The notes beneath the pieces are model-generated. The model saw only the letters and a program-made list of their open reading frames with translations. It was not told the origin of the DNA and did not search any database. The position numbers and the translations under genes were made by a program. From a virus (taxonomy: Duplodnaviria; Caudoviricetes): DNA of 54,015 nt. Location: positions 1 through 54,015 of the IMG/VR virus record IMGVR_UViG_3300037247_000257. One strand, 5' to 3'. Numbering within the stretch: position 1 is the first letter of the stretch; every line of letters begins with the position of its first letter. Shown here piece by piece: positions 9,882-17,787 of the stretch.

Positions 9882-10235
9882 TTACTGGTCTAAGAAATCC
9901 TGTGTTTCTTGGCTTACATAGTTTGGTACTTTAGGATCATCTAGATCTAATTGTACTGCTATGTGATTAGGTATTGTTACGGCTTTTAACGCCATTGACT
10001 TACTCCCTTTACGGTTCACTCGAGTTTCCCCTTCAAGTCTAATAACCTCACCTTTTTCTGTTCTTATCCACCCAATCCATGTTGCTGGATTGTCATCACT
10101 ACGATACTCATTTTTAATAAGATTCCCGTGTGCTGGGTAGATTTTTCTTACGTGATCTTTGTCATTCTGTTTTACCGCTTTTGGTAATGTTTCTAAGACT
10201 GTTGTCTTAGGTCTTAACTTTATTTCGTTACTCAT
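9882..10235 (-). CDS. Hypothetical protein
   Basis: 117 aa ORF in the - strand operon. Confidence 0.55.
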   Translation of the reverse strand: MSNEIKLRPKTTVLETLPKAVKQNDKDHVRKIYPAHGNLIKNEYRSDDNPATWIGWIRTEKGEVIRLEGETRVNRKGSKSMALKAVTIPNHIAVQLDLDDPKVPNYVSQETQDFLDQ

Positions 10236-10246
10236 TTTTGTTTGGT

Positions 10247-10573
10247 TTATACTTTTCTTAATCTAAACAAAGCTTCATTTAACTCTTTTTGAGTTTTATT
10301 TAGCTCTTCTTCTACGTATTCAAGCTTCCACTTATAACGCCCTACTTCTTTTAACGCTTCTTTTCGGCCTAACTCAGCCTCAGACTTTTTTCGTTTTTGA
10401 ATAGCATCGTTAATATAGTTTATCCGCTTACTAGAAACATCTATTATCTGAAACATTCCGATAAAGAAAACTGACGCAAAAGCTATGTTTCCTAAAATGA
10501 ATCCTGCTATTGCACCAGGGTGAACTTTTCCTATCTCATAGGTGTAGTCCATCCATTTTATCCACCACTCCAT
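10247..10573 (-). CDS. Membrane protein with coiled-coil tail
   Basis: One TM segment followed by a heptad-rich C-terminus. Confidence 0.55.
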   Translation of the reverse strand: MEWWIKWMDYTYEIGKVHPGAIAGFILGNIAFASVFFIGMFQIIDVSSKRINYINDAIQKRKKSEAELGRKEALKEVGRYKWKLEYVEEELNKTQKELNEALFRLRKV

Positions 10574-11481
10574 TAGAAATTACCTTCTTGTACTTGATAT
10601 ACTTTCAAACCTAGACGTCTTGCATGGTCTACAACCTGGTTACGATCATCGTAAAGAGCTTCTATGAAATACGACTTAGCGATATCTCTCCACATATCTT
10701 CTTTGACTTTCCAATCAGGTTCATACGATCCTTCAGGTCTGATATAGATATCATCATATACAATATCATTCTCCGCCAACCAAGCCATAGTCTCTTGGAT
10801 ACAAGAACCATCACGACCAGTACAGATAATAATAAACTTCCCGTTATTTTGGTGAGCCCAAAGAGCTTCTCTAACGTTTTCATCAACTATATCTTGACCT
10901 ACCTTTTTCCAATCATATGGTTTTCTGTCTACCATGTGAGCAAGAGTACCATCAATATCAAAGATAACTGCTCCTTGTTTAGAAGCATCTCTCGTTATTG
11001 GCTTAGTAATCTTATCTTGCTTGAAGTCATAAGTAGCAATGAGATTCCTGTATTGCTCGTACTGTCTATCGATGACTTCTTTACCGACTTTACGAGCACG
11101 GTCTTCATCATTCATTATACAGTCGATCTTTTCAGTTTTCATTACATGACACTCAACCGGAACACCATAATGACTTAACTGTCTGATATACTTTTCTTTA
11201 AGGTGAGTATTGTCAACTATTACTACTTGGTTACAAGACAAAGCGTATCTAATTAAAGTGTGTTGAAACTGACTTACGTCCCACTCTTTACTTTTTATAT
11301 CTTCCGCTTCGTACCACTGGTGTATATCTTTTTCAGATAAACCTCCCATCATTTCTCGAAGTTTATCTCTGCCGATAATAACACAGTTTTCTCCTTTTTT
11401 ACGAATAGCTTCTGCTAAATAGCGAGCTGTCGTTGTTTTGCCGGATCCACTTGGCCCGACCATTGCTATAATTCTACTCAT
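10573..11481 (-). CDS. pseT: Polynucleotide 5'-kinase / 3'-phosphatase (T4 PseT-like)
   Basis: P-loop GPSGSGKT, RDKLR, HAD motif DIDGTL, C-terminal DDRNQVV; start placed at MSRIIAMV. Confidence 0.92.
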   Translation of the reverse strand: MSRIIAMVGPSGSGKTTTARYLAEAIRKKGENCVIIGRDKLREMMGGLSEKDIHQWYEAEDIKSKEWDVSQFQHTLIRYALSCNQVVIVDNTHLKEKYIRQLSHYGVPVECHVMKTEKIDCIMNDEDRARKVGKEVIDRQYEQYRNLIATYDFKQDKITKPITRDASKQGAVIFDIDGTLAHMVDRKPYDWKKVGQDIVDENVREALWAHQNNGKFIIICTGRDGSCIQETMAWLAENDIVYDDIYIRPEGSYEPDWKVKEDMWRDIAKSYFIEALYDDRNQVVDHARRLGLKVYQVQEGNF

Positions 11482-11705
11482 TGTTTCTGATCTTCTAAAT
11501 ATGCTATAGTACCTATTACCCCTACTACTGTTGCTATCAAGAACAGTACAAATGCTACAAAGCACTGAGCTGATGTACCTTCTTTTGATACAATAGCCCC
11601 TAATAAGCTAATAAGCATAATTACGCAAGATGTGATTGTTGACCCGATTAAAATCCTATGTATAAGATTGTCGGGTTGTTTTTGTGAATATCTGGAATCT
11701 TCCAT
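11478..11705 (-). CDS. Small two-TM membrane protein
   Basis: Two hydrophobic helices; start codon uncertain. Confidence 0.45.
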   Translation of the reverse strand: MEDSRYSQKQPDNLIHRILIGSTITSCVIMLISLLGAIVSKEGTSAQCFVAFVLFLIATVVGVIGTIAYLEDQKQ

Positions 11706-12262
11706 TTTTCTTGTTGTTTATAATATTCTTTAAATTGCATTACGTTAAACGGTGATACTATCAAATGATAACCGTTTTTCGTAGGTAAAGTCATTAACAA
11801 CTTACTTTCTTCTAAAGGGTCGCATATATTAACAACGCTTGTTGCATACGATAACTCTCCTTCATCAAAAGAATCGATGTCAATAACCCACTTCTTAAAA
11901 GACTCATCCATATGAGCCCCACACACAGAGTTAAAAGCATTCTTAACAGACCGAAAGTCTTTGTTCATAATTTGATCAGCTACTTTACGTAAAGTTTGAA
12001 AGGCTGTTTTTTCATATGACCTTCTGTTCAAGTTAATACATGCTCTTGCATTGTGCTGTTTACATAGTAGTTTAATCTCTTCTTCATACTCTAACAACGC
12101 ATCTTTGCGATCTAAGTAATAAGTTTTGATCACTCTACTGTTACTCCCTATCTCAGGGTTCTCTTTCTTACGCTTTATAATCTGTAAATGATAAAACGTG
12201 TCACTATCATCCTTTCTAAAGTCTAGAATAGGGTATATACTTCTAAAGTTATTTACACTCAT
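11648..12262 (-). CDS. AEP (primase-polymerase) superfamily-like protein
   Basis: WVIDID (DxD) and TKNGYHLI (T/S-x-x-G-x-H) resemble AEP motifs I and II. Confidence 0.45.
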   Translation of the reverse strand: MSVNNFRSIYPILDFRKDDSDTFYHLQIIKRKKENPEIGSNSRVIKTYYLDRKDALLEYEEEIKLLCKQHNARACINLNRRSYEKTAFQTLRKVADQIMNKDFRSVKNAFNSVCGAHMDESFKKWVIDIDSFDEGELSYATSVVNICDPLEESKLLMTLPTKNGYHLIVSPFNVMQFKEYYKQQEKWKIPDIHKNNPTILYIGF

Positions 12263-12704
12263 AACCTATCATCTTTAGAACCTTTTTTAACTCTGACTTA
12301 TTTTTGACTGTACCTGAGAACCAGTTATGATTATCCTCATACTCTTCCCAATTGGTTATTGTAAGTCTCTCCGGGTTTCTTTGTTCTACTTCAATGTAGA
12401 CATCACTCCCGTTTATCTTACTATTTCCTTTAAGTGTTAACCAGTGTTCAGAGTCTTGAGCTACCTTGAAACCCAAACTCTCTATGTCTTCCCTGTCTAG
12501 GTATTTGACTCTAACACAGTCAGAATTAAGAAGGTTTTCAATCTCTTTAAAATAAGAAAGTTCTGCTGTTAACTTATCAAAAGGCATATCTTTTCCAGGA
12601 ACGTACACAGCCCTGTTTCCTGAGAGTTCAATTCCAAATTTAGCCTCAAACTCAAACCCAACATGAAACTCTTCAATTGTCGGTGTGTAATATTTGTTTT
12701 CCAT
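12249..12704 (-). CDS. Hypothetical phage protein
   Basis: ATG overlaps the upstream TGA; YYTPTIEEFHVGFEFE N-terminus. Confidence 0.6.
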   Translation of the reverse strand: MENKYYTPTIEEFHVGFEFEAKFGIELSGNRAVYVPGKDMPFDKLTAELSYFKEIENLLNSDCVRVKYLDREDIESLGFKVAQDSEHWLTLKGNSKINGSDVYIEVEQRNPERLTITNWEEYEDNHNWFSGTVKNKSELKKVLKMIGYECK

Positions 12705-13555
12705 CAGAATATGTATCTTATAGTGTTCCAAGGTATCACTTCTTTGTGTACCTTCCTAAATTGATTTATATACTGTGCTTTCTTTTCTCGCTTGTATCGT
12801 ATGTTAACTCCTCCGTATTGAGACACTTTGCTTTCTTGTATCTCAGGTTTCCACAATAACTCTTCTCCCGGTCTGTTTGCATTAGCTGAGTGCTTATCCT
12901 TATTATGGGTAAGGAATATACACTCAGATAATACCTCATCCTTGTTATCGACATAATCAGACACCATTTCAAACAAGAAACGATAATCTTCTAGCCAACC
13001 ATCATAGACTATAATAGGTGAAAAGTTTATATGAACTTCGTACCCAGCATCTATGAATGCGTCTATGGCTTTTATCCTGTCGATTATAGGTGGTGTATGA
13101 GGTTCAAGTACAGAGCTTAACTTTTGCGGCATAAGACTAAACCTAATACGTATCTTCTTTTCTGGATTATAGTCCAAGAAGTCTATAGGTATGATCTTAG
13201 TGGCAAAGCTAGCTTTTATGTTACTGTGGTTCTTAAAGTAGTTGAATATATGATTCCACTGGTGATATTTAGAGTGTAAAGCAAAGTCTTCGTTGCATGC
13301 AATGTCGTAGGTATAATACTTTGGATCCGTTTGGTTAGGCTCTTTAGGCGGCAACCATGCGGCATGAGTATTGATAGCTGTTAGTATTGCGTTTGTGTTC
13401 TTTGCTACACTTAAATCATTGTTACCAGTATGTCGTTTCATATAACAGTACGAACAATCGAGTAGACAGCCGAAGCCGAAAGACGGACTTATAAAATCCG
13501 TACTTCGGCCTGACTCTCTGATTTCAAAAGACTTTCTATTTACCGTCTTTATCAT
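12704..13555 (-). CDS. Spore photoproduct lyase-like radical SAM protein
   Basis: CxxxCxxC in GCLLDCSYCYM; FATK, RIRFSLMPQ and HINFSPII blocks typical of SplB-like proteins. Confidence 0.8.
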   Translation of the reverse strand: MIKTVNRKSFEIRESGRSTDFISPSFGFGCLLDCSYCYMKRHTGNNDLSVAKNTNAILTAINTHAAWLPPKEPNQTDPKYYTYDIACNEDFALHSKYHQWNHIFNYFKNHSNIKASFATKIIPIDFLDYNPEKKIRIRFSLMPQKLSSVLEPHTPPIIDRIKAIDAFIDAGYEVHINFSPIIVYDGWLEDYRFLFEMVSDYVDNKDEVLSECIFLTHNKDKHSANANRPGEELLWKPEIQESKVSQYGGVNIRYKREKKAQYINQFRKVHKEVIPWNTIRYIF

Positions 13556-14598
13556 TCTATCTCCTTTCTAAGTTGAACAAACCCTCTAAAGTTACCTGAC
13601 CAGCCTTCTTCAATCACTCTATCCGTAGAGCCAACCGCTTGAGTTGTTCTAGCATTGAACATCATTTCTGACCCACTCATAGCTCTAGCGCAGTGCTCGA
13701 AAGGACTCATGTGACCCATAGCTTTCAATCTATCATAAAGCTTAATATCAGCTTCATAATCATCTTTACCTTCAAAGTTTAGATAAGATACTCTAGCACA
13801 TCTAGCAGTAGCTATCTTAACTCTGCAATCTTGAATAAAACTAAAGGGTACAGATGTTTCTGCTCCTTTATATAACTCACAAATTCTAGCAGAATCAATA
13901 TTGTCTTCAAATGGTATATGCCACTCACCAGCTTTCAACTCTTTAGGTTTAGACTCATTCATAGCATCCCACATAGCTTCAGCTAGTAGAGAGATATGGA
14001 TTTCTCCTTGTCCTTTGTTGATTTTGAGCCAGTCTAAGTCACTAGTTTTACTTAGTGTTTCTTCGTTTCCTCCGTGATAGTGTTTCCAATAGTCTTTCCT
14101 CGACTTAAACTTAGAGTTCTCGTTATCTGGACTGCCATACTGAGGACATCTCAACTCAAAGAAGTTATCATACTCTGTAGCAGTTACAATACAAGTGTAC
14201 CATTGGAAAGGTTCTAAGATACGGTTTACTAGTTGTTTGGTTACTCCGTTAGAGTTCATTGTTCTAGCCATATCTAAAACACCTCTAAGACTACGTTCCC
14301 AATCACACACATGAGCCATTATTTCCGATTCTTTCTCAAAATACTCAGTGCCTTGCATACCACTATGGGTTTTTTGGAACGCTACAGGAATGAAAGGATC
14401 TTCTTCTATATCCTTAATCATTTTGCTCGCAGGTATAGCACGACTACTAGCAGCATTACGTGAGAATAAACGGTGTGTAAGTAACTCGGCATGGATAATT
14501 CTTGGATAAGAAAGGACATAGGTTGTAATCCTATTACCATGCTTGTTAACACTATCTGCAATAATCTCTGCATTAATATTCTTTTTATTCATACTCAT
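13552..14598 (-). CDS. thyX: Flavin-dependent thymidylate synthase-like protein (ThyX/Thy1)
   Basis: ELLTHRLFSRNAASSRAIP, KQLVNRILEPF, ARCARVSY, HMSPFEH. Confidence 0.8.
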   Translation of the reverse strand: MSMNKKNINAEIIADSVNKHGNRITTYVLSYPRIIHAELLTHRLFSRNAASSRAIPASKMIKDIEEDPFIPVAFQKTHSGMQGTEYFEKESEIMAHVCDWERSLRGVLDMARTMNSNGVTKQLVNRILEPFQWYTCIVTATEYDNFFELRCPQYGSPDNENSKFKSRKDYWKHYHGGNEETLSKTSDLDWLKINKGQGEIHISLLAEAMWDAMNESKPKELKAGEWHIPFEDNIDSARICELYKGAETSVPFSFIQDCRVKIATARCARVSYLNFEGKDDYEADIKLYDRLKAMGHMSPFEHCARAMSGSEMMFNARTTQAVGSTDRVIEEGWSGNFRGFVQLRKEIE

Positions 14599-15974
14599 GA
14601 CTCTGCCTCTTCTGTGTCTACTGTTCCAGAATCTTTAATGATACCTTCTAGTACTTTAAACAAGTAACCTTTCTGCTTCAAGAATTTAGGCGTTAATGAT
14701 TCACCATCGATACGAATACATACACCTTCTCTTAAGTGCATAGGAAATACAGTAGATGGATCTTCACCCATAGAAACTACACGGTTAGAAATAGCTTCTT
14801 GCTGAACATGAAAGTGTAGAGTTTCTTCTGCTTCTGACATAGCTTTAGCTTTGATTCTCTTAAGCTCAGGCACATGTTGTACTCCCATTTGCTCACATCT
14901 CATCTTAACTTGGTCCCAAGATAAGTCCATCGACACTCCGTCCATGTTAGTCATAGTCATACGATAAACAAAGACTTTACATTCTTTAGGTTGGCACCCA
15001 TAAGTAAATGATGTAGTATTACCGTAAGCTTCAACAAAGTCTTTATAAACATCTTTATCCATAAAAGACTTAAGCTTCTTGTTACCTTGAGAAGGCATGA
15101 TTAGTTTCCCATCAGGTAAATACCCAACGATCTCATAATACACAGTCTCACCTTTTTCAAGCTTATCTCTAAACAATTCTCCAGTCGTAGTCCAAATGTC
15201 GTGCTCATAATACGATTCACCTTCTTTAGCTACATCACCAATAGTCTTTGTTACTCTACGCGAACCTACTACATGCTTATAAACCATGTGTTGATTCTCG
15301 TCGTTGGTTTTAAAGAGAACTTTACTTAGTAACCAGCTAGAAAACTTCTTTAACAGATTATCAGTTTTATAAATAACTGGCAAGTTGCCCACTCTACAAC
15401 TTGTTCCATGGAGCTTTTCCGTTACGATAAGAATCGAGCCTGGCTTTACATGCTGTAAGTTTCTCATAAATTGATCAGTATCGACATGCTCTTTGAACGT
15501 AGGTACTAGGTTTTCCTTAGCTTTTCCCTGTTTGTTCCCTTGACACGGGGAATTACTTACAACTTGATACTTCTTGCAGATTTCGTAGCTTCCCCAATTC
15601 ATGAACTGTTGCCCAAGGTTACTTTTATCTGGTAATTGCTTGTCTTTGTGAGTATATTCTAGTGAACTAATTGGCATCCATAACCCAGAACATTTTACAC
15701 CTTTTAATCGAATTGGTCTAACACGTCTGCTATCTTCAAGATAACCTGTTTTTGATTCGTCTACGTTTAAGTTAGAATGTCTGTACAAGTTGTTTTTTGA
15801 ACAAAACTCGTGACTTAACTCAGTTTCACAGTCAAATAAAATACCTAGTTCACCAGCTTTGTGCTCTTTACTCACAATAACTGTTTCTCCGAATATCGTA
15901 CTACTTACGATGCGGTCGGCTCCTTCAATAGGCTGAAGGTCTTTTAGTTCCGCGATGATTGCTTCTCCTGTCAT
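14595..15974 (-). CDS. ATP-dependent RNA ligase (DRB0094/Rnl2-like)
   Basis: N-terminal PIEGADRI OB-like domain, motif I TEKLHGTS, motif IV REGVCIR, motif V LKQK. Confidence 0.85.
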   Translation of the reverse strand: MTGEAIIAELKDLQPIEGADRIVSSTIFGETVIVSKEHKAGELGILFDCETELSHEFCSKNNLYRHSNLNVDESKTGYLEDSRRVRPIRLKGVKCSGLWMPISSLEYTHKDKQLPDKSNLGQQFMNWGSYEICKKYQVVSNSPCQGNKQGKAKENLVPTFKEHVDTDQFMRNLQHVKPGSILIVTEKLHGTSCRVGNLPVIYKTDNLLKKFSSWLLSKVLFKTNDENQHMVYKHVVGSRRVTKTIGDVAKEGESYYEHDIWTTTGELFRDKLEKGETVYYEIVGYLPDGKLIMPSQGNKKLKSFMDKDVYKDFVEAYGNTTSFTYGCQPKECKVFVYRMTMTNMDGVSMDLSWDQVKMRCEQMGVQHVPELKRIKAKAMSEAEETLHFHVQQEAISNRVVSMGEDPSTVFPMHLREGVCIRIDGESLTPKFLKQKGYLFKVLEGIIKDSGTVDTEEAES

Positions 15975-15991
15975 GACTAGTTTTTAAGCAT

Positions 15992-16020
15992 AAAAAAAAG
16001 CCCAGGACCTTCCTGAGCTT
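15992..16020 (-). terminator. Intrinsic terminator ending tRNA operon 1
   Basis: Minus strand AAGCTCAGGA-AGG-TCCTGGGCTT running into a T8 tract. Confidence 0.8.
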
Positions 16021-16024
16021 GTCC

Positions 16025-16261
16025 CTACTTGCGTAGGCCTTTTTGATAATGTTTTACATCACGTTCGTTTCGAGCTATGTCATACGGATTTTGTAGAAAC
16101 TTCCAATCACATATATTCCATGGATTGTAAAGCTTTCTGTATTCTTTTCCGTTGCTTAGTTCTCCTTTATAACGTCTAACAGCTTTGGCTGCTTGTCTTT
16201 TAGCATACCCGCCACGGCTTGAATCAGTGTACACTGACACTTTCTTTCTTGATCTGCTCAT
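16025..16261 (-). CDS. Small highly basic protein (MSRSRKK...WNICDWKF)
   Basis: 78 aa from ATG 16261; last gene of tRNA operon 1. Confidence 0.65.
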   Translation of the reverse strand: MSRSRKKVSVYTDSSRGGYAKRQAAKAVRRYKGELSNGKEYRKLYNPWNICDWKFLQNPYDIARNERDVKHYQKGLRK

Positions 16262-16316
16262 ATTCTCTAGGTTTATACCTAAAAGACTGTTCCTTTTTTC
16301 ATAATACAAATTTAAG

Positions 16317-16387
16317 TTGTCCGGGGAGGGATCGAACCTCCATTCTCGGCTTCAAAGGCCGGCGTCCTGCCATTAGACGACCAGACA
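16317..16387 (-). tRNA. tRNA-Gln(TTG)
   Basis: TGTCTGG/CCGGACA acceptor, CT-TTG-AA loop, GGAGG-TTCGATC-CCTCC T arm. Confidence 0.92.
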
Positions 16388-16440
16388 ATAATACAGAGTG
16401 TTCTTTATACCGTTAAACTCTTACAAACATTCTCAATGCG

Positions 16441-16589
16441 TGGAAGTGAGCACGGTTTTCACTTACTAAGGCAAACCCGTTCGCTACCACACTCCTTCAC
16501 TATATACCGTCGCTTCATTCCATAGCAGCTTACCTTTATCACAGCGCTATAATAAAGACCACAGTATAATCCACTTAGCCGGCACTTCC
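16441..16589 (-). ncRNA. Unassigned ~149-nt structured RNA closed by an acceptor-like stem
   Basis: GGAAGTG/CACTTCC-A closing stem; internal helices TATACTGT/ACGGTATA and CTTTATTATAG/CTGTGATAAAG; G-U pairs favour the - strand. Confidence 0.55.
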
Positions 16590-16590
16590 G

Positions 16591-16662
16591 AGGTTCCACA
16601 CAGATTCGAACTGTGCTCTGCTGATTACAAGTCAGCTGCATCACCAACAATGCTTTGGAACC
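16591..16662 (-). tRNA. tRNA-Thr(TGT)
   Basis: GGTTCCA/TGGAACC acceptor, GCTGA-CTTGTAA-TCAGC anticodon arm, TTCGAAT T loop. Confidence 0.93.
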
Positions 16663-16665
16663 TTG

Positions 16666-16739
16666 TGGGTGTCTTCGGGATTCGAACCCTGCTATCCGGA
16701 AGCACAACCCGGCGTAGTCGCCCAGACTACTTAAGACAC
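16666..16739 (-). tRNA. tRNA-His(GTG)
   Basis: GTGTCTT/AAGACAC-CCA, CCGGG-TTGTGCT-TCCGG anticodon arm; T stem slightly irregular. Confidence 0.85.
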
Positions 16740-16741
16740 AG

Positions 16742-16813
16742 TGGAGAGAGAGGGATTTGAACCCCCGACTCCCAGATTTTCAGTCTGATACTCTACCCCT
16801 GAGTTACCTCTCC
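16742..16813 (-). tRNA. tRNA-Phe(GAA)
   Basis: GGAGAGG/TCTCTCC-A, TCAGA-CTGAAAA-TCTGG, TTCAAAT T loop. Confidence 0.93.
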
Positions 16814-16902
16814 ATGGCTCCAGAGATTTTAGATCTTTACTCCAGAACTGATCAGCTTTTACCCACACTCCTCGTGGGTCCTCACAACCAGCTAAGTCGT
16901 TG

Positions 16903-16978
16903 TCTAGGTGGCAAGATTCGAACTTGCGTGCTCGTCCTTCCAAGGGACGCGAGATAAACCGGACTCCTCTACACCTAG
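16903..16978 (-). tRNA. tRNA-Pro(TGG)
   Basis: CTAGGTG/CACCTAG-A, CGTCC-CTTGGAA-GGACG, GCAAG-TTCGAAT-CTTGC. Confidence 0.93.
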
Positions 16979-16982
16979 ATAT

Positions 16983-17019
16983 AAAAAAAACCCTAAGCTC
17001 TTGGTGGAACTTAGGGTTT
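16983..17019 (-). terminator. Attenuator terminator of tRNA operon 1
   Basis: AAACCCTAAGTTC-CACCAA-GAGCTTAGGG followed by T8, ending 4 nt before tRNA-Pro. Confidence 0.88.
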
Positions 17020-17040
17020 AGTTAGTCAAAACAGCAGAAA

Positions 17041-17115
17041 TCAATCACACACACCTAAGTTCCGTCCTATAAAGGTCGGTTGAAATGGCGTATTATGTTG
17101 TGCTATCTTGTTCAT
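17041..17115 (-). CDS. Leader peptide 1 (MNKIAQHNTPFQPTFIGRNLGVCD)
   Basis: 24-codon ORF; codons 6-15 CAA CAT AAT ACG CCA TTT CAA CCG ACC TTT; contains the antiterminator GGAACTTAGG (17054-17063). Confidence 0.8.
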   Translation of the reverse strand: MNKIAQHNTPFQPTFIGRNLGVCD

Positions 17116-17119
17116 ATGG

Positions 17120-17151
17120 TAAACTTAGTCAAAGCTTTTTACTTTTGCAAC
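17120..17151 (-). promoter_or_regulatory. Bacteroidota-type promoter for leader 1
   Basis: GTTG-N20-TAAGTTTA versus consensus TTTG-N19-21-TAnnTTTG; ends 4 nt before the leader ATG. Confidence 0.5.
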
Positions 17152-17349
17152 CATATACTTGATATTATTACAAGAAACTCTTCTTTTGTAACCATTTATC
17201 ACATCTGTTGTGTGTGTTCTTATCATTAAGGTACCACAATCTGTCTGGTGTATTATTACACCATACTGCAAATAACCTGTGTTACTTACAAAGACTTTAT
17301 CTCCTACAAACAAGTCTTTACCGTTTATATCTGTTTCTGTTATTTTCAT
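17125..17349 (-). CDS. Small YopX/KOW-like beta protein
   Basis: DINGKDLFVGDKV motif. Confidence 0.55.
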   Translation of the reverse strand: MKITETDINGKDLFVGDKVFVSNTGYLQYGVIIHQTDCGTLMIRTHTTDVINGYKRRVSCNNIKYMVAKVKSFD

Positions 17350-17570
17350 AATACCATGATCATTTTTTCAGAGTTACCGTTTTGAACCAGTCTCCATAAA
17401 CCTCTGTTACCATCAGGATCAATAAGAATATTACCGTTTTTGTATCTTCTTACAGTACCTGTCCAAATTCGATGTCCCCAATCACCGTAAGCAACTCTTG
17501 CTCCGACTTTAATTTTTTTTCCTTTTACGTCTAGATGTAATTCTGACTCCTCCATTTCTTGTAAGTGCAT
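17346..17570 (-). CDS. Small YopX/KOW-like beta protein
   Basis: DVKGKKIKVGARVAY motif. Confidence 0.55.
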   Translation of the reverse strand: MHLQEMEESELHLDVKGKKIKVGARVAYGDWGHRIWTGTVRRYKNGNILIDPDGNRGLWRLVQNGNSEKMIMVL

Positions 17571-17694
17571 ATTGTTCTTTTACGTGTTTATGAAAAGCGG
17601 AATTTAATTCTTCTACAAAAGCATCGCCTCCGTAAGCAACAAAGTCTCCACACTGAACTTTGTTTAATCCATTTTTATCTCTTGTAACTTTCAT
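17509..17694 (-). CDS. Small protein related to the two downstream ORFs
   Basis: DKNGLNKVQCGDFVAY motif; ATG directly after tRNA-Ser(GCT). Confidence 0.45.
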   Translation of the reverse strand: MKVTRDKNGLNKVQCGDFVAYGGDAFVEELNSAFHKHVKEQYALTRNGGVRITSRRKRKKN

Positions 17695-17695
17695 G

Positions 17696-17781
17696 TAGAG
17701 AGACCGAGATTCGAACTCGGGGGCCCCAGAAGGACCACTCCCTTAGCAGGGGAGCGCAATCGACCGCTCTGCCATCTCTCT
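17696..17781 (-). tRNA. tRNA-Ser(GCT)
   Basis: AGAGAGA/TCTCTCT acceptor, CTCCC-CTGCTAA-GGGAG, long variable arm; discriminator is A rather than the usual G. Confidence 0.92.
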
Positions 17782-17787
17782 AAGATA

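Noticed and set aside
10624-11178. 184-aa + strand ORF and similar antisense ORFs throughout the - strand block
   Set aside because: They shadow well-supported genes on the opposite strand and lack recognisable motifs.
15992-16060. Possible third attenuator controlling the RNA ligase
   Set aside because: The terminator is clear, but I found no upstream segment complementary to its 5' arm and no leader ORF; treated as a plain terminator.
16390-16589. HDV-like theta ribozyme 3' of tRNA-Thr
   Set aside because: A P1-like stem exists, but there is no room for P3/L3 before its 3' strand and no J1/4 GG or J4/2 catalytic C pattern.
16219-16957. ORF-track entries overlapping tRNA cluster 1 (16219-16416, 16459-16707, 16731-16943, 16757-16957)
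   Set aside because: They are chance frames over tRNA and structured RNA sequence.
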